The translations under genes and the position numbers were made by a program. The notes beneath the pieces are model-generated. The model saw only the letters and a list, made by a program, of their open reading frames with translations. It ran no database searches and was not told the origin of the DNA. From contig NC_043005.1 in NCBI RefSeq assembly GCF_006345805.1, positions 55,118,001 to 55,182,000 on the forward strand: a stretch of 64,000 bases of DNA, written 5' to 3'. Positions within the stretch are counted from its first letter, which is position 1; each line of letters begins with the position of its first letter. The stretch is from Octopus sinensis (lineage: Eukaryota). Of this stretch, positions 52,630 to 64,000 are shown piece by piece.

Positions 52630-54591
52630 CACACACACATACACACATGCACACACACACACATATATACACACATGCACACACACACACACACACACAC
52701 ACATGCACACACTTGCAATTAGGTTAAAAATATGTATTCTGTGTTCACTCTGACATTAGTACTTGAAGCCAAATTTTAATTTAGATTAATTTTAAATAAT
52801 TTCAATTTCTGAAATTAGTCATTGTGTTTTATGGAAAAAAGAAAAAAAGTCCTTATAATCTTTAGTAAATCGATTTCTGTGTTCGAAATCTTGAAATTAT
52901 GTCAGGACTCTACAGCCATAAGAGTGAATACCATTTCAATTACTAAGTCTGTAATAGACACAGCAAAAGAATAAAAAAAAAAAGAAAAGAGATAGGATAG
53001 CTACATCAGTTTTCTTCCTAGACTAAACTATATTGAGTTAGCAAGGAATTGAGTCCACTGCATTTCAATCAAGTCCATCTTACCAGTTTCTACTCAATTG
53101 TTTCCCAAAGTTTTGAAGATATCTTATAGACTAAATAAACGAAAAAAAAACTATTGTTTACATACTCAGATTGGTATACTGTGTACCCCTTGTTCTTGGT
53201 AGTCTCCTGAGTCTAAGAAAGATGATTCTGCAAATTCTTGTTGATCAACTCACACTAATGTTTTTGTTTATAGAGATCAGATGTTCGTGTTGTACAGTTG
53301 ATTGGTGTGCTACATGTCAGATGTCAAAGTGATTGTATAGCACCAAAATAAATACATATGGCTAAGAGCAGTATAGTCATAAAATCATACTGGAACATAT
53401 AACATCGCTACTATATTAGACTTGAAAGCTAATCTAGCAGTAGTTAGTCTATGCTATAAGTCGACTTGAATGAAGCTGGCTGTGAGCTACTCAACAATAA
53501 CCTTGCACTATTAATAGGTTTGTGTTAGTGATTCACATTTTAATTAACATTCAATAATATGGAGATTATTTTCCAGTCATCGTATTACTATGTAGTTGGT
53601 GGTGGTGGTGGTAGCGGGGGTGGGGGTTGATCAGAGAAAAAATTGGTGATAATATTTGATTCCTGTACCTTTCTTTTCATGTGTTGCTTTTGCAAGTCAT
53701 GCATATGAGAAGCTCATTGAGAACATCGAGTAGTGATAATGTCTAATGTCAGTGACTAAGTATATCACATCATTGGAGATATATCGATGATGCTAACACC
53801 ATCATGCTTCCACCTTGATATCTAATGTTTCTTATTGACTAAATCATTAAAAAGATCTACATTTTAAATGCAAATCATCTTAATGAATTGAAATTGTAAA
53901 ATCAAGTTTCCTGAACGACCCTTCATAGTAAAGCAAAACTGTTGAAATGACATGACATTTTTTTTACTTTCTCCTTTGTTCTTTTTTGATAACTGCTTTT
54001 TTTTTTTTATAACGTTTTTTTTTTGATAACTGCTATTTTTTTTTACTTTGATAACTGCTTTTTTTTTCTGTTATCTTATGCCAGAGAAACTTTATAAGTA
54101 AAACATCTGAAAGTAATGAAACAAACTGATTTACATACCCGGCACATTTATATCACTTTAGTGCATTCCAATACTGAAATGAAATCGCTTGAGATATTCA
54201 AATATACTGCCATGAGGTGGCTTAACCATAAAACCTCAAAGATATTGTATTTTTCTTATAAGTATAATAAAAAAAATTTTTTATGCAAAAAAAAAATTAA
54301 GACTAGAAATTGATTTTCAAACAAGCTGCAAATTTCTGTTATTTAATTTTAGGCTCTAACCAATTTCATAGCAACACCTATTACTGTTTGAATTTGAGGT
54401 CTGTGATTACATTTTCTAAGATACAATTTAGTCAATAGCATAAGAAAGTTTGTGACTCAAAGACTATTTTATGGTTGCCCATTGTAATAAAACCACAGCA
54501 ATCAAATTTTGATTTTGTTTAAAAAAAGTTATTGGTTCTTTACTATTCTATGGATCTATTGAATTTAGAATAGTTGGATTAGTCCCCTCAT

Positions 54592-54625
<34 letters not shown>

Positions 54626-54669
54626 CTATCTCTATCTCCCCCAGCTCCGTATAATAGCTACAAAAATAT

Positions 54670-54820
54670 TATTCTGAATTCAAATTCTGCCGTGAGTCAA
54701 CTTCGTTTTTCATCCTTTTGGGGGGTTGATAAAAATAAGTACCAGTTGTCCAGGAGTCAGTGTTGTTGATCTGCCTTATCACCCCCAAATCAGGCCTTGT
54801 GCCTTCAGTAGAAAGGATTA
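54670..54820 (+). mobile_element. SINE family B, 5'-truncated
   Basis: TTCTGAATTCAAATTCTGCC..AAGTACCAGTT..GGCCTTGTGCC..GTAGAAAGGATT. Confidence 0.75.
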
Positions 54821-54963
54821 TTATTATTATTATTATTATACTTACTTCAACTCTATTTTGTATTGTGTCCATTGGCATCAGTAATTACTCCTGCCCCACA
54901 CTGAACTTACCAAGTTATTGGATTGGTTTTTGTCTGAGCTGCTCATGAGGCCATTGTGTCACT

Positions 54964-55018
<55 letters not shown>

Positions 55019-55029
55019 TTCTTTTCAGA

Positions 55030-55480
55030 TTTCTAGTTGTTATTAAGTGTTCAGGGTTTTGTTGCCTCCTATAATGCCCAATTAGCCCGTTGCCTCCTTA
55101 TGTTATTACAATGTTTTCTGATGATTTCTACAAGGAACCACATCTCTGCAGCATTGACAAGTTTATACACTTGGCTGTTGATGTTCCTGGTCACACAATC
55201 ATATGTAAGGAAAGCTTTTATGTATGTCTCCGAAATTTTTTACCTTACTCTTATTGATGGCCATTTCTGTAATGATGAATGTTTAATCTCATTGAAAGCA
55301 ACTTTAGCCTGTTGAATCCTTGCATTAATTTCTTTGATATTTTTCCTATTTGATGTGATGACCATTTTCAAAATATTTAAAACTACTGACTTGTTTCCAA
55401 CTTCAAATACCCATTTTAAATTTCATTTTTGTGAACATTTTGAAACTATTCTTCATAACATTTCTATCTTTATCACCATT
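55030..55480 (-). pseudogene. RTE-type LINE ORF2 C-terminal fragment
   Basis: - strand reads KVKISETYIKAFLTYDCVT..VNAAEMWFL, similar to RTE LLYGCETW..AAEMWFLRRM. Confidence 0.6.
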
Positions 55481-55509
55481 ACCACTGGTTCTACAATTAT
55501 TATTAATAA

Positions 55510-55945
55510 GGTAGCAAGCTGGCAGAATTGTTACCATGCTGGGCAAAAAGGCTTAGTGGCATTTTGTCTGTCTTCACGTTCTGAGTTCAAATTCCGCTGA
55601 GGTTTACTTTGCCTTTCATCCTTCCAGGATTGATAAAATTAATCACCAGTGAAACACTGGGGTCAATGCAACTGACTAGTTTCCTGCCCCTCAAAATTTC
55701 AGGTCTTGTACCTATAGTAGAAAGGATTATTATTATTAATATTTATTATTATTATAACATTAAGGAAATAAGTTGGCAGAATTGTTAGCATGCCAGGCAA
55801 AATGCTTAGCAAAATTTTGTCTGTCTTTACATTCTGAGTTCAAATTCCACTGAGTTCAACTTGGCCTTTCATCTTTTTGGGGTCAATGAAATAAGTACCA
55901 GTTATACACTGGAGTCAATGTAATCGACTTGCCTCCAACCCGAAA
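55510..55945 (+). mobile_element. Two tandem SINE family B copies
   Basis: GCTGGCAGAATTGTTA..CTGAGTTCAAATTCC..GCCTTTCATC..CACTGG; separated by (TTA)n. Confidence 0.82.
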
Positions 55946-56269
55946 AATATGTCAGCCTACACCTACACTATATCAAGTTTAGCATGGACACTTTAAGATC
56001 TGCAGCATTTTGATTATAAACAAAACGCTAAATAGCCTCTACATACGAATTGAACATAAGCCAATGCCTATATTAGACGCTTCCACTTGCATTTATTTTT
56101 CTATAAATATTTAATTCTATTTTGTCACTCAGAATAGAAGACTTTTTCAGTGTTATCTTCATCTCCTTTACATTTTATGCTACTGGACACTCAAAATTTA
56201 GTTATAAAGATTGTAGCTCAGAATCCTTAGGTTCATCACTTATGAGTTATGTAAAAAACTATGCATATC

Positions 56270-56481
56270 ACTCCCGGCCATATTCAGCCCATATATTCTA
56301 CCTGCTTTATGTTCAAACCTGCCAGATCCAGTCTCTCACACCTACCCTACCGTGTCATTCTGAAGCTAAACAATAACGTCATTGAAACCCCAAAACCATG
56401 AGATAATACCTGACTAATTCAAAGCAATGTGAATGAATAAGTGTTACATTTCACAGAGTCATCTGAATGTTAAAGGGTTAA
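56270..56481. mobile_element. piggyBac-like MITE copy
   Basis: Same family as 25170 and 47950; ends AAAGGG|TTAA. Confidence 0.7.
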
Positions 56482-56790
56482 CTCTATGTTGTAACCTTCT
56501 AATACAACTCCTGAGTTCTTCCGATACACAATGCTTAGAAACTGCTTACAAATATACTCTACATTACCACATGCATTCTCCCAGTACGCTTCAGAAACTC
56601 ACCTTGAGGAGTAAATCATTAAACTAATCCTTGGCTTGATTCAAATCATTGCCTACCTTTCCCAGTTTTAGTTAAATTTTATAATGATACTAACATATAG
56701 CCATTCATTTCTCAAACCTTCACAGATGATAATCGAATTTGGTCAATTACTAAACATTAACCCCCTATATTTAAAGGCATTAACCTTCCT

Positions 56791-56821
<31 letters not shown>

Positions 56822-58254
56822 TTTCACCAGTTAATCAGCAACTGGCTTATGATTCTCTAATTCAGTTTCTGCTCCATAGTTCTCTTATATATTTATCCCC
56901 AAGCTTAACAAAACAACTATTGTATGCACTTAGGTATGCATGCACTTACATATCCCTCACTATAACTATCAACCATGTGTTTGTTTACCTATGTATGTAT
57001 ATATAACTATATATATATACACACTGTGTGGTTCCGCTTTACATTCAGTCTAGCCTTTGAAAACGCACAAATGTATTAAGGCCGTTATTCTTTTGTAAGG
57101 CATCACCCGGTTGATGAAAGAAATATTGACTCTGCATCATTAAATATTGAGTACTTACTTAGGTTAATGTCTTCTCGACCATGATCAAAATTTATAAAGT
57201 GTTTATATACAAACATACTTAATTATATATATTTATATACATGCATATGTATGTATACACGTGTCTGTGTGTCTGTATATATGTGTGTATATATATATGT
57301 CTATATGTGTATATATGTATATATGTGTGTGTGTGTAATATATAATATGGGTACAAACATACATACAAGTGTGTGTATGTATGTATGTATATAGCTCAAA
57401 CATGAGAATAGCTTCAGAAATCTGGTAAAGTAACCCAATAGAAGGGAATAGGTGGCCTGGAGCCACTACAGAGAATTGAGTGAGCTGCTGGCCACTTTAT
57501 TTCTTAATTTCTAAAAAAATTTCTCACGCACTTGATGCTTCAGTGTTTGTTTCTTAAAAATGTATATGTATATATATACACACAGACACACATACACATC
57601 AATGTGCTTGGAAAAAAAAAAATATATATATATAAATGTATATATACATACATATATGCACATATAAATACATACTTATGCACACTAATATCCATATACA
57701 CACCACTGAGTGTGTGTGTGTGTGTGTGTTCATGTACAGACACATATATACATATATAGCTTTTATATGTAGTTATGTGTCTATGTGTATGTATACCTAT
57801 ATTTTATATATATTCTAAGCCCAGGGATACACAGATAGACAGACAGACAGAAGTTTAAAAAAAGAACTCCATCCACACACTCTCTTTTTATAAACTATTT
57901 TATTGTTAATACACTAAGTTTACAATATGAATTATTCTGAAATGACTGTACACGGATTATCATGAAGGACTATATAACACTTAACCCACAATGGGGTGCG
58001 CTTGGCGGGGCACTGGGTTGCTGTTGTTTTTGTATTTGTAGCTATAATATTGATACTTTTCTTTTATTAATATAGTTGTTTGTTTACATTGCCACTGTCT
58101 ACGGCAAGTATACGCAACATTCAAAAGTATCGAAATTTTTTACTTTTTATTAGTTCTTTTATTTATTTAGCAATTTCTGCAGATGATATAAATATTATTT
58201 TGATTGTTAAGTATTGTATTCATTGTAATAATATATAAGGGATAATTTAATGGT

Positions 58255-58285
58255 TGTGTGTGTGTGAGTGTTTTGGAGTGTATGA

Positions 58286-58349
<64 letters not shown>

Positions 58350-58379
58350 AATGTTTGTGTGTATATATATATATGAATG

Positions 58380-58410
<31 letters not shown>

Positions 58411-58770
58411 GTGTATGTATGTATATATGTGTATATCTATGTGTTTGAATGTGTGTGTGTGTATATATATACACGTGTATATATATGTATATATGTGTGT
58501 ATCTATGTGTATGAATGTGTGTGTGTATATATATATATGTACCTGTGTGTGTATACATATATATATATACATACACACACACACACACACATGTATATGC
58601 ATATGTACCTATGCGTGTATACATATATATATATATATATATATACACATGTGTGTGTATATATATATATATATATATACACATATATATGTGTGTATGC
58701 ATATGTACCTGTGTGTGTATACATATATATATATTCATGCAAGTGTGTTTGTGCATGTATGCATATGTCT
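58255..58770. repeat. Compound TA/TG/CA micro-/minisatellite with recurring ATGTACCTGTGTGTGTATACATAT unit
   Basis: Unit recurs at ~58537, 58602 and 58703; explains the long low-complexity ORFs. Confidence 0.92.
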
Positions 58771-59873
58771 CCATGAGTTTTCGCAGTGATGATACACTTG
58801 GGCAGTGGTGATGTACATATACTAAATTGGTACACTTGAAAACATAAAGGTTGGGGATAGGAATGGCATCCATCCATAGAATACTATAAGAAATCTTGTT
58901 AAACCCATGCAGATGTACAATTAACGATGATGATGTACTAGAAAGATTCTTTAAACATTGAAAATTATGATTCCAGAAATAAATATAATTCACGTTCTTT
59001 TTTTCAACCTCCTTCATTTCTTCAGTTAATTCCAGCCCTAAGCTAAACCACACTCCAAAACTCTAACCCTAATTCTAATTCCTAATCAAACCCCCAGCTC
59101 CTAAACCCCACTTTTTAACGCACAAACCCTAACTTTAATTTCTTTTCTGCAGTTTTAAAATTCCATACATTTAAAACCTATAATTTAGAAAATCCAGGAA
59201 AAAAAAATGTTGAAAAATCTATGGCTGGTCGCATACTCAGAAACAGAAGGCAGAGGTGGTTAAAAGACGATAAAGCTGATATTTAGAAATGTTCCCACCT
59301 CTCAGAGCATCCAGAAATTTTCTTGAGACAGATGTAAAATTTACATGGGAGGCGGGTGAACTTATTGCACAATATTCCACCAATGTATGTTGTTAAAAAT
59401 AATAATTATAATTTAGAGAAAATATATGCATATTGACTGTAAATGTGGCTGTGTTTAGAAGATCTCTGTACAGCACATGGCTCAAAATTGATTCCTACTG
59501 CATGCCATATTCGGCAATTGTCTTCTACTATATCTTCAGGTTGATTAATGCCTTGTGAGTGAAATTTGTGAGACAGACCCTCTGTGTGTACATGTGTGTG
59601 TGTGTGTGTGTGTGTTGTGCATGTACACACGTAAAATTCACAATCTAGACATAGACTATGATTACTCGAATAACTCAATACAATTAAAGAACATATAGAG
59701 TATAATCCATTTCATACATTTATTCACTATCGTGTGTGTGTGTGTTGATCTTTATGTGCTGCAATTATGTAGATGCTCTCATGTTAGTATAGATGTTTTC
59801 TCCACTGTCACCTCGGGCACTTCGTTATGAAATACGGATGTATAGATGAGTATGAAATAATGTTGCCACACAT

Positions 59874-59908
<35 letters not shown>

Positions 59909-60202
59909 GGCACATTCACCTGCCTCCATGTACACACATACACCTGCCTCTGTGTACACACATACACTCATACATGCACTGCACATACACACAATCATAC
60001 ATGCGCAGACATACACATGCATGTGTACATGCACAGATACATACAAATGAATATGATTTTCATTTAGCTGTAAAGCTACTTAATGACTCAGTGGCTGAGA
60101 AGTTAGTATGTTGCTGTTATACTTAGATAGATATATAGAGAGAAACTCTGAATCCATTTTCTGCTGTAAACCATTTTTGTCTTTCATCCTTTTGGGGTAA
60201 AA

Positions 60203-60236
<34 letters not shown>

Positions 60237-60553
60237 TATATATATACATATATATATAAATGAAAAGAACAGTACTAATCAAAAGTACCGTACCGGGAGA
60301 ACTATTAGAATGCTATTTGTGATGCTGACACCCCCCCCCGTTCCCCGTTATGGCAATGCTTATGATGCTGGTACCAAGTTGTATCAGCCTTTCATAGTAG
60401 GTTGTGCCTCTGTCAGAATTGTTGCTTTGGTGAGGGGAGACTTGCTTGCATGGGCAATTGGTGGTTTTCTACAAAAACCTTGCCTGTGCAAGTTGGTACA
60501 CATGTGCCTTTAACCCTGACCAATAAAGGCTATTGAATATCAGCCTATGTTGA

Positions 60554-60584
<31 letters not shown>

Positions 60585-61829
60585 GATGTATGTACATACA
60601 CACACACATATTTGGTTGTGTAGTAAGAAATTTGTTTCCCATCCACATGATTTCAAGTTCAGTCCCACTGCGTGGTACCTTGAGCAAACATCTACTATAT
60701 CCCTATGTCAACCAAAGTCTTATGCATAGATTTGGTAGACAGATAATAAAAGAAGTTCTTCATGCGTGCATGTGTGTGTGTGAGAGAGAGAGAGAAGGTT
60801 GCTGACTACTTGCCTTGGCATTGCATGATAGTTGTAAACAAGTGTCCCTGTCATGCAAGTAGTGCCCTTTCATTTCCAATTTTCCATGAAAGCATGTCTG
60901 GTAACTGTGGGGGTGGAGAAATATTACCTTACTTGGAAACAAGCAAGGGCTATTGGCAGGAAGGGCATTCAGCCATAGAAAATCTGCCTTTACAAATTCC
61001 ATTTGACTCATGTCAGCATTGAAATGATCACTATGTTTGTATATTGTGCATATAATATGCTATGTACTTTTTCAGTTTGAATTTGAAACTTCCAGTGGAT
61101 GTCCATTGTGAATTAAATAATTTTTTTCGCTCAGTTTGTAAATTGAAACATTTATTTAAGTAGATTCATGTTATGTATACACATTTGTGATGGGAGAATG
61201 TCATTGTAGCCATGCCCTTGCTTTCAGATGCTGTAGCTACATCATTTGAAACATTTATCACACATGCACTGGTTGCTTCTAGTAACAGTAATGTTCTTTA
61301 GTATTTCTTCGTATTCGGGGTTTTAACTGTATTGGTGTGGCTTTCTTTTTTCCTTTTTTTTTTTCCAGGTACGTCACTTCCATTTTTACCTGATATCTCC
61401 TCTCTTAAACTACATGCTTACAGTGTATAGTATAGTGTTAAACTGATAGTTCATCCTCTATAAAGTTTTCCAACTTCATTTTGTCATCAACTAAGTACGT
61501 TGCATCCTGTCAGATAATATGTAACCTCCTTATCACAGCATGATCTCCAATTCCTACGCAGTTGAGTGAATATAATTTATTCACTCTAACCTGTAGTACT
61601 CTGGTTTGTAACCAGGAGTACCATTTACTCTTTTTTTTATCTCTGCTCTAAATATTGTATAATATCTAATTAGTTTTTATGCATATTATGAGAAAAGTTT
61701 AATGGATCAGTAAAATCTTATTTTCAGCAAGCATTTATTTTCCCACAACAGGAAAAGTTTATAAAATTTTGTATCTATTGTATTTATGCATGTATATTTT
61801 AAATTTATTTATTTTACAAATTTTCTCAC

Positions 61830-61863
61830 ATTTGCTATATTTTCGTTTTTTTTTGTTTTGCAG
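61830..61863 (+). promoter_or_regulatory. 3' splice acceptor of the zinc-finger exon
   Basis: ...tttcgttttttttgttttgcag|aggATG; abrupt composition change at this point. Confidence 0.8.
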
Positions 61864-61866
61864 AGG

Positions 61867-63345
61867 ATGGAGGATTCCAGTGGTGGTAACGAAGCAAATA
61901 GCGGGATTAAATACCCACCTCCCGCCGCGGTATCCTCCAGCAGTGCTCGGCCATATCGTTGTGAACTGTGCCAGCGCTCGTTCCGCGAGGTGGCAACACT
62001 GCGAAAGCATGAACAGCTCCATCGTGCGGATCGCCCGTACGTTTGCCAAACATGTGGAAAGTCGTTCCTGTGGTCATCTAATCTCAAGGTGCACGAGAGG
62101 GTGCATACAGGTGAGAGACCTTACAAATGTAAGATTTGTCACAGATGCTTTACACAGAGCAACGATCTACGCCGTCACGAGCGTAACGTACACATGCGGG
62201 GTAAACTGTACGGATACCGTAATCCAGCACGACCAACTCCCCAGGTCAACTTGGCTGCCTACCAGGCTTTTGCCATGCAACAGAGAGCTTTGCTGCAACA
62301 AGCATTGACTTATGAGACTCTTATGCACAACACAACGACAACAACCTCAGGACCAGCAGTTCCATCAAATTTAACACTCCATGATCAGTCACAGCAACAA
62401 GCTGGACTGCTACAAGGTAAGCCACCGCCTCAACAACTTGAAAGGTCATCACAGCAACCGCACCAAAGAGATATGCAAAATGAACAGCAACAGCACCTTC
62501 AGGCTATTTCTTCTCTGAGTTCAATTAAACTGGAACAAGTGACTCCACCAACGACACCATCTGAAATGGAAGACCAGCAACATGGGGTTCACAAAAGCAT
62601 GGCCACTAGTAGCGGCAATTGTCATACTGCAGAAACAACGACTTATGTTCATACGAGTACACCTCCAAGCTTGTACACAATTGCCATGCCATCACGTAGC
62701 GTTATCCATTCTCCACCATCATTGACTTCGGTGGCTGATATGAGCTCTTCAGAACTTCTAAGAACATCATCAGCAGAGAGTCAGAAAGATAAAGAAAAGC
62801 AATACCCCTCTACCTCATCTGCATCACAAATCCTATCGCCCTCAAACACTCCATTAACAGATCTACCTCAGTCTGCCCAGATGGCACCACCTTTGTCAAC
62901 TTTGACCCGTACATCTGAGGACAGCGTTATGGACTTGAGCATGAACAAGTCTACTGCAACTGTTTCAACTGCAAGCATGGTATGCGAAACGGCTACATCC
63001 GAGCATTATCGATGGAAGAGAGGTAGCTTTATCCAAACGTCTAAAACTCCAAGCTTAGATTCAGAATCTGAGGAAAAACGTGATGTGACAACTACCTCAG
63101 CTACCCCAACTACGGATGTTGGCTTCCATCAGTGTTTCCACTGCGGGATTTACTTTCATGACTACACAATGTTCCACCTCCATCAGAGCCTGCACTCACC
63201 GATTGACGAAGATCCGTTTCGATGTCCGTCCTGTAACAAGCACTGCCAAGACCGAATTGAGTTCACGTTCCACATTGTTTGGCATGTCAAGTACCCTCAC
63301 ACTATACCAAATTATCAACCTTTCAAGGAAAGCTACCTGTGTTGA
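61867..63345 (+). CDS. C2H2 zinc-finger transcription factor, Ikaros/Hunchback-like architecture (3 N-terminal fingers + 2 C-terminal fingers), ~492 aa in one exon
   Basis: Long ORF, GC-richer than its surroundings. Fingers YRCELC..HEQLH, YVCQTC..HERVH and YKCKIC..HERNVH with RADRP and TGERP linkers (61954-62193). Q/S/T-rich middle. C-terminal CFHC..HQSLH / DPFRCPSC..QDRIEFTFHIVWH (63127-63285). Preceded by a T-rich tract and CAG at 61861-61863, so the ORF-track N-terminus (61786-61866) is probably intronic. Upstream coding exons are not excluded. Confidence 0.93.
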   Translation: MEDSSGGNEANSGIKYPPPAAVSSSSARPYRCELCQRSFREVATLRKHEQLHRADRPYVCQTCGKSFLWSSNLKVHERVHTGERPYKCKICHRCFTQSNDLRRHERNVHMRGKLYGYRNPARPTPQVNLAAYQAFAMQQRALLQQALTYETLMHNTTTTTSGPAVPSNLTLHDQSQQQAGLLQGKPPPQQLERSSQQPHQRDMQNEQQQHLQAISSLSSIKLEQVTPPTTPSEMEDQQHGVHKSMATSSGNCHTAETTTYVHTSTPPSLYTIAMPSRSVIHSPPSLTSVADMSSSELLRTSSAESQKDKEKQYPSTSSASQILSPSNTPLTDLPQSAQMAPPLSTLTRTSEDSVMDLSMNKSTATVSTASMVCETATSEHYRWKRGSFIQTSKTPSLDSESEEKRDVTTTSATPTTDVGFHQCFHCGIYFHDYTMFHLHQSLHSPIDEDPFRCPSCNKHCQDRIEFTFHIVWHVKYPHTIPNYQPFKESYLC

Positions 63346-64000
63346 CTATATGATCACAGAAGCCCTCTATTCTCTCAGGTAACTAAGTTTCTCTTTTAGG
63401 CTGTATTTCAAGCACAAGGAAGGTAAGAATTAATTGGAAACAAGGTAAGGTAGTGAAATGTCACCTGAAATGTATCTGACAAAATATGAAGTGTAAAATG
63501 TAAAAAAAGTCTACAAGGTGCTATCTGCATCTTCTGTCTTTGCACTATTCTTGGAAAATGTATTGAATTACATGTTGATATTACCATAGAAAGAAAATCT
63601 AGTTTTGAAATAATTGGGTTGCTTTTACTTGGAATAGACCATCTTCAACAGAAATTAACAAAATTATAAGATGAAGCATGTTTTCACATAGCTTTCCTTT
63701 AATTTCCTGCCCCCTCTAATAATAATCATTGTCATCAAGGTGGTGCCAATCATCGTCATCTTTAATGCTCATCATCAACATTCAAAACATATTTTAGTAT
63801 TTGCTTTTCACCATCCTTCATCTGTTCTCACCCATCATTTCTCCTAAATCAGTTCCCACAACTAGTTTCCTTTTTTTTTTTTTTTTTTTTTCCATGATCT
63901 ACATGTCTGGTCTCTGCTATCATTTCTTTTTAAAATTCTTCTCTCTTTCATCTTTTCCTAGTAGCAGTTGGACCCTCTGGTTTTTACTGGTCTCTTCATC

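Noticed and set aside
53597-53630. G-rich run, possible G-quadruplex
   Set aside because: Mostly (GGT)n microsatellite with only two long G-tracts
53985-54068. TTTGATAACTGCT repeated 3-4 times with T-run spacers
   Set aside because: Slippage-type minisatellite, not a CRISPR-like array (no unique spacers, eukaryotic context)
58167-59053. Long ORFs up to 268 aa rich in Y/I/H/T/C/V
   Set aside because: Translations of TA/CA/TG microsatellite; no domain
61786-61866. Hydrophobic N-terminus resembling a signal or TM segment
   Set aside because: It is the translated polypyrimidine tract of the splice acceptor
61769-62308. 179-aa overlapping ORF and antisense ORFs over the zinc-finger exon
   Set aside because: Shadow frames of GC-richer coding DNA; they begin in the intron or lack motifs

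Overview
AT-rich, repeat-dense eukaryotic DNA. The SINE families and microsatellite style resemble an octopus/cephalopod genome (inferred, not verified). About 61 kb is non-coding, probably a very long intron or 5' region. It contains at least four SINE-type families, hAT/piggyBac/unclassified MITEs, Helitrons, Tigger and mariner fossils, RTE-LINE scraps and microsatellites. The only convincing coding exon is at the 3' end (+ strand, ATG 61867 to stop 63345): a C2H2 zinc-finger factor with 3 N-terminal Kruppel-type fingers and a C-terminal Ikaros/Hunchback-type finger pair. Best leads: (1) an apparently intact type I hammerhead ribozyme at 6937-7024, plus two decayed hammerhead-like relics; (2) two polypyrimidine-AG|GT sites (454/455 and 61368/61369) with recursive-splice-site architecture; (3) the unusual Ikaros-like protein and three donor-like sites just after its stop; (4) long fold-backs and inverted SINE pairs that could be ADAR substrates. 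Almost all other short ORFs in the track are microsatellite or repeat artefacts.
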